DNA of 64,000 nt from assembly GCA_963799845.1 (NCBI GenBank), contig CAWCYI010000006.1:160001-224000 (forward strand). The letters run 5' to 3'. This DNA is from an uncultured Nitrososphaerota archaeon (GTDB taxonomy: Archaea; Thermoproteota; Nitrososphaeria; Nitrososphaerales; CADDZS01). The notes beneath the pieces are model-generated. The model was not told the DNA's origin, searched no databases, and was given only the letters and a program-made list of their open reading frames with translations. How positions within the stretch are numbered: the first letter of the stretch is position 1; the number at the start of each line of letters is the position of its first letter. The position numbers and the translations under genes were made by a program. Below, piece by piece: positions 60,363 to 64,000 of this stretch.

Positions 60363-61616
60363 TTGGCGAAGAATAAAATTTCAGAATCAAAGTTATTCCC
60401 TCTTCAGGAGATCGGGAGCATCGCCAAACCGGCCTGGCGGGTAAAGGGAGTTTCAAATGATTCCAGAATCTCTGATAGTGACATCGAAAACGCCGCATTG
60501 TGGGGGGAAAAAGTCGGAGTAAAGGACTATGAAAAACTCGTAGAACTGCTGACCCGAAGGTCTCAATCAGGTATCCCCCCGACGGAGGAAGAAAAAGAAC
60601 TGGTCCGGGATTTCTCTGTGATTTACGTACTTTCCTTGTTTGACAAGGTCGGGCTGGATCGAGTCTATTCCGGCGAGCAGTGGAGAGTCGAGATGTATGA
60701 ACACCTCGTAAGGAATATCAAGGGATTCAAACTCCTCGGTTCCGTTCATTCGTTCGATTACAAGTACTTCACGAAGGGCGCGATTTTAGGCGTTCCGGAG
60801 TTTATCCACCCGATCCTTCTGGACGAGTTTCAGTTTGTAAAAGCCCACACGAACCGTTTCGTCAAAATACCGATAACGGGGCCTTACACCACTGTAGATT
60901 GGTCTTTCAATGAATATTACGAGACTCTAGCGAGAAAAAAATCAAAGGGCAGAAGGATAGATCTCAGAAGGACTTACTTCGAGGCCCGGAGAAATTTTAT
61001 TCTGGATCTTGTGAAGAATGCTCTTAGACCGGAGGTCGAATCGCTGATCAAGAATGGCGCCGAGTGGATTCAAGTCGATGAGCCGGCCGTGACAACTCGC
61101 CCTGACGACGATGAGATGCAACTTTTTGTCGATGCGATAAATGCCCTCACTTCTGGGTTTAGTGGCTGCGTCTTTAGTGTCCATAACTGCTATAGTGATT
61201 ACAAGCTGCTTGCGCGGTACTCGGTGCAGTTGAAGGACATCACGCAGCTCGCGCTAGAGTTCGCCAACAGGGATTCCACCGATCTCGGTATGGATAAAAA
61301 GACCAGACCGGGCTACACCGACCTCAGGCATTTCGAGAAAGAAGGATACGAGGGAGGGTTTGGTTTGGGAGTTACACACGTACATGACTTTTCCGGATCT
61401 TCGGGCGAAGGAGCCGTCGTGGAGGGGAGAAACGTTTTGGAATCCCCCAAACTCGTCAGAGACCGAATCTTGTTCGCAACAAGTATCATCAAAGACCCGT
61501 CAAGAATTTCAGTGAATCCAGACTGCGGGTTGAGGACTAGAGACTGGGAAACCATGTACAAGAAACTGGAAGTAATGGTCGAGGGAACGAAGCTTGCCAG
61601 AAAGAAGATCAGCTAA
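60363..61616 (+). CDS. metE: Split MetE, catalytic barrel
   Basis: EIGS, GE..R..M, ITGP.T and Q.DEPA motifs; Zn ligands HNC, E (LEFANR) and PDCGL. Confidence 0.9.
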   Translation: MAKNKISESKLFPLQEIGSIAKPAWRVKGVSNDSRISDSDIENAALWGEKVGVKDYEKLVELLTRRSQSGIPPTEEEKELVRDFSVIYVLSLFDKVGLDRVYSGEQWRVEMYEHLVRNIKGFKLLGSVHSFDYKYFTKGAILGVPEFIHPILLDEFQFVKAHTNRFVKIPITGPYTTVDWSFNEYYETLARKKSKGRRIDLRRTYFEARRNFILDLVKNALRPEVESLIKNGAEWIQVDEPAVTTRPDDDEMQLFVDAINALTSGFSGCVFSVHNCYSDYKLLARYSVQLKDITQLALEFANRDSTDLGMDKKTRPGYTDLRHFEKEGYEGGFGLGVTHVHDFSGSSGEGAVVEGRNVLESPKLVRDRILFATSIIKDPSRISVNPDCGLRTRDWETMYKKLEVMVEGTKLARKKIS

Positions 61617-62871
61617 GAAGAAGAGCAAGTTCCCGTCGACTACCGTCATCGGCAGTTATCCGATAACAGTTCCCGAAAGCGAGATCGAGCAGTTCAAGTC
61701 ATTTCCCGAAGAGAGCCAAGATCCGGTAAATTCTACTATACAGCTTGCCGTACGCGATTTCATCAGCGCTGGAATAGAATTCCCTTCCACAGGTCAAACC
61801 AGAGAATCGTTCGTCAGGCTATTTCTAGATCCCGACCATGTCGAGGGGATAGAATACAACGGCTCGGAAATTCTGGTACGTGGAAAAATTCGACGAAAAT
61901 CCCCTATCCGTTTGTCTGACGTCCAAGAAGCGAAATCCCTGATTCCAAAGTATTACGGATTCAAGGAGCCGGTGACTGACCCCTATACACTTGCGAGGAA
62001 TTGCAGAATCGAGTCCAACTCTTACTCTGACCTGCGTGAACTGACTTTTGCGATTGCAAGAGAAATTGTTCGGCCTGAGCTTGAATCGATCCAGGGCCTG
62101 GTAGACTATGTTCAGCTCGACGCGCCGCATTTCTCATTCGAGCCGTTCAAGGATTATATCAATGCCGTCTATGAAGAGATGCTATCGGGCATAAAAATTC
62201 CAGTTGTGCTTCACGTCTGTGGCGATTCGTTCTCGGTCTTCAAGGAATTGACGAAACTTAATGTTGATATCATCAGCCTTGACTTCACTTTCAATGACAA
62301 ACTGCTTGACGAGGTCGCGCGTCGAAATTTCGATCAAGAGATCGGTCTCGGTTGTGTAAGCACGGGTAGTCTGATCGTCGAGCCTGTCAAGAGCATTTCC
62401 AATCTCATTCAGCGCTCTGCCACGAAGCTTGGCGAATCGAGAATCCGCTTTGTTCATCCCGCCTGCGGAGAAAGAAATCTACCACTGGATACCGCGTATC
62501 AGAAAAACATCAATCTGACGCTTGCGAGGAACGAGGTCTTCCTAGGTTCCCCGCAAACGGCAAAGAGCGTCAACCTAAGCGAAAACGAATACGATCCAAA
62601 CGGGTATTTCTTGATCCAGGTTGACCCACAAAGTCAACAGATTTACGTTTCGTTTAACTCGTACGACAACATTCCAAAGTTCAGAGTCCAGTCCGCCAGC
62701 GGCGAGAAGCTGATCGGCGCCATAATTGACAGCAAGATCATCAGCGATACCGACCTGGGAAAAAGGCATCTCGGTTATGTTGGTTACGAAATAGGGAAAG
62801 CCGAAACCGCCCTAAAGAATAGAGTCCCTTACAGACAAGACAAACCGCTGAGCCTACCGGGAATCTACTGA
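61594..62871 (+). CDS. Core (MesA-like) methionine synthase barrel fused to a C-terminal DUF4346-like domain
   Basis: TTVIGSYP, HVC, SLD and PACG motifs; then DPNGYFLI.VD...H..Y.G.E..KAE.AL....Y.QD. Confidence 0.75.
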   Translation: MPERRSAKKKSKFPSTTVIGSYPITVPESEIEQFKSFPEESQDPVNSTIQLAVRDFISAGIEFPSTGQTRESFVRLFLDPDHVEGIEYNGSEILVRGKIRRKSPIRLSDVQEAKSLIPKYYGFKEPVTDPYTLARNCRIESNSYSDLRELTFAIAREIVRPELESIQGLVDYVQLDAPHFSFEPFKDYINAVYEEMLSGIKIPVVLHVCGDSFSVFKELTKLNVDIISLDFTFNDKLLDEVARRNFDQEIGLGCVSTGSLIVEPVKSISNLIQRSATKLGESRIRFVHPACGERNLPLDTAYQKNINLTLARNEVFLGSPQTAKSVNLSENEYDPNGYFLIQVDPQSQQIYVSFNSYDNIPKFRVQSASGEKLIGAIIDSKIISDTDLGKRHLGYVGYEIGKAETALKNRVPYRQDKPLSLPGIY

Positions 62872-62893
62872 TTCGCGGGCCCTTTTCTCTTCG

Positions 62894-63802
62894 GTGGTAC
62901 TCGCTTTGCGAGTTTCAGATGTAATCAATTCGGGAAACTTTGCAAGGATCATTGAGATCTTTCCGCCGGGTATGCCCGCGCCTGGTTCCATTAAGTCCAA
63001 TCAGAGAATCGATCTCTCCGTGCGTTTTGAGAGAATAGTCGAAAGCATTGGGCAACTCGAAGCTCTCGCAGATGCTTTTTCTCTCCCTGAGCTTCGCGAC
63101 GGGTCGCGAATTCACCTCAATTCGGTTTCCGTTGCCGCAGAGCTAAAGCGGAGAACGACGAGCTCGATTATTCCAACGATAACACTCAGAGACTCGAACA
63201 AGCAGAATCTTCTAGGAACGATTACTTTCGCTATCTTCTCTGGGGTAGAAAACGTTCAGATAGTCAGGGGTGACCCATATAACTCTGATTCAGGACTAGA
63301 GCCAAAGAATGTTTACGATTTTTCCAAGATTGCCACATTCGTTACTATAGTCAGGGATCTTGAAACTCACCTTTCAAACGCACAAAAAACCTGCATCCTC
63401 GCACCGCTGAATCTTACAAAAATTTCCGATCCAAACTACGTCAGGATAGCCAAGCAGAGAGAAGTATCTGGCGTAGATATTTTTGTGACGGAATCACTGT
63501 TCGAAGATACGTCAAAGTATCTTGATCGTGTAGTTTTGGCTAGGGAAAAAGGAATCAAAATACCTATCATTCACAATATATTTCCATTCCGAAGCTACGA
63601 GGATGCTGTGTCATGCGTACTGAAATTTGGATGGAAAATTTCCGAGGCGGAACTTCAAGGACTCAAGTCAGGCGGAGCGAAGTATGGCATAGAAACTGCC
63701 AGGAAGAGATATTTTGATCTTATAGATCGAAAAGAAATCTCACAGGGGGCCTGCATTTCTACGAGGGGAAACACGGAAATCGTTCGGCAAATAGTTTACT
63801 AA
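62894..63802 (+). CDS. metF: Divergent methylenetetrahydrofolate reductase-like protein
   Basis: E.FPP, T.RD.N, RGDP and G.D.FVT motifs; located in a methionine operon. Confidence 0.7.
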   Translation: MVLALRVSDVINSGNFARIIEIFPPGMPAPGSIKSNQRIDLSVRFERIVESIGQLEALADAFSLPELRDGSRIHLNSVSVAAELKRRTTSSIIPTITLRDSNKQNLLGTITFAIFSGVENVQIVRGDPYNSDSGLEPKNVYDFSKIATFVTIVRDLETHLSNAQKTCILAPLNLTKISDPNYVRIAKQREVSGVDIFVTESLFEDTSKYLDRVVLAREKGIKIPIIHNIFPFRSYEDAVSCVLKFGWKISEAELQGLKSGGAKYGIETARKRYFDLIDRKEISQGACISTRGNTEIVRQIVY

Positions 63803-63831
63803 TTTTTCAAGACTACTAAACAGAATGAGGG

Positions 63832-63911
63832 GAATGTGCCCCGGCTCTGACGCTAAGCGATCATCGATCTAGCACAGTTGCTTTTTCCTTTCACTAGCTC
63901 TTATCCGGGGC
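63832..63911 (-). ncRNA. Probable H/ACA pseudouridylation guide RNA
   Basis: Stem GCCCCGG/CCGGGGC followed by ACA; pocket AUAAGA/GUCAGAG; upper stem with GUGA/GAUGAUC K-turn-like motif; 14 nt from upper stem to ACA. Confidence 0.7.
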
Positions 63912-64000
63912 GCCGAAGAAAAGAAGTTTAGCGCGGCCTGTTTCACGCCTGGGTAAACCCCGTTCCTCACTGATCGGACAAGGCCGTCGGCGCGAATTCG

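Noticed and set aside
63838-63911. SAM-I riboswitch-like words (AUAAGAG, GCAAC, GUGCUA) antisense to the end of the Met operon
   Set aside because: P1 lacks the AUC/GAU pairs, the P2 pseudoknot is absent and P3 is too short; the H/ACA model explains the sequence better
1-64000. CRISPR array, cas genes, rRNA, prophage or integrase; also the many short antisense ORFs in the track
   Set aside because: No periodic repeats or hallmark motifs seen by eye; the short ORFs are shadows of well-supported genes

Overview
Archaeal chromosomal window with many TTG/GTG starts. Gene content and order point to a TACK archaeon, most likely Nitrososphaerota/Thaumarchaeota-related; no amo genes are in this window. 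Bases 1-14.3 kb hold the conserved minus-strand core superoperon (rpoD-rpl18e-rpl13-rps9-rpoN ... rps2-MEMO-mvk-ipk-idsA-gltX, then rpl7ae-rps28e-rpl24e-ndk-infB), interrupted by an ArsR-thioredoxin-HEXXH module. Bases 14.4-19.3 kb are a nested IS stack: an IS6-like element containing an IS1182-like element that carries a SWIM passenger gene, plus two IS481-like elements with 15-bp target duplications. The TSDs of two inverted IS481-like copies are swapped and the IS6 transposase is split, so 19335-50046 is inverted, either biologically or by an assembly mis-join. The inverted block holds a two-intron tRNA-Gln, an accessory island, C1/acyl-CoA metabolism genes and an Lhr helicase. The right part holds an atypical linked proteasome beta-alpha pair, glycosylation genes, ssb, sod, archaeal metK, and a four-gene methionine operon: split MetE, a second Zn-site core methionine synthase fused to a DUF4346-like domain, and a divergent MTHFR. 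It ends with a probable H/ACA guide RNA. Single-base frameshifts in essential genes suggest sequencing indels. All family assignments come from motif recognition, not database searches.
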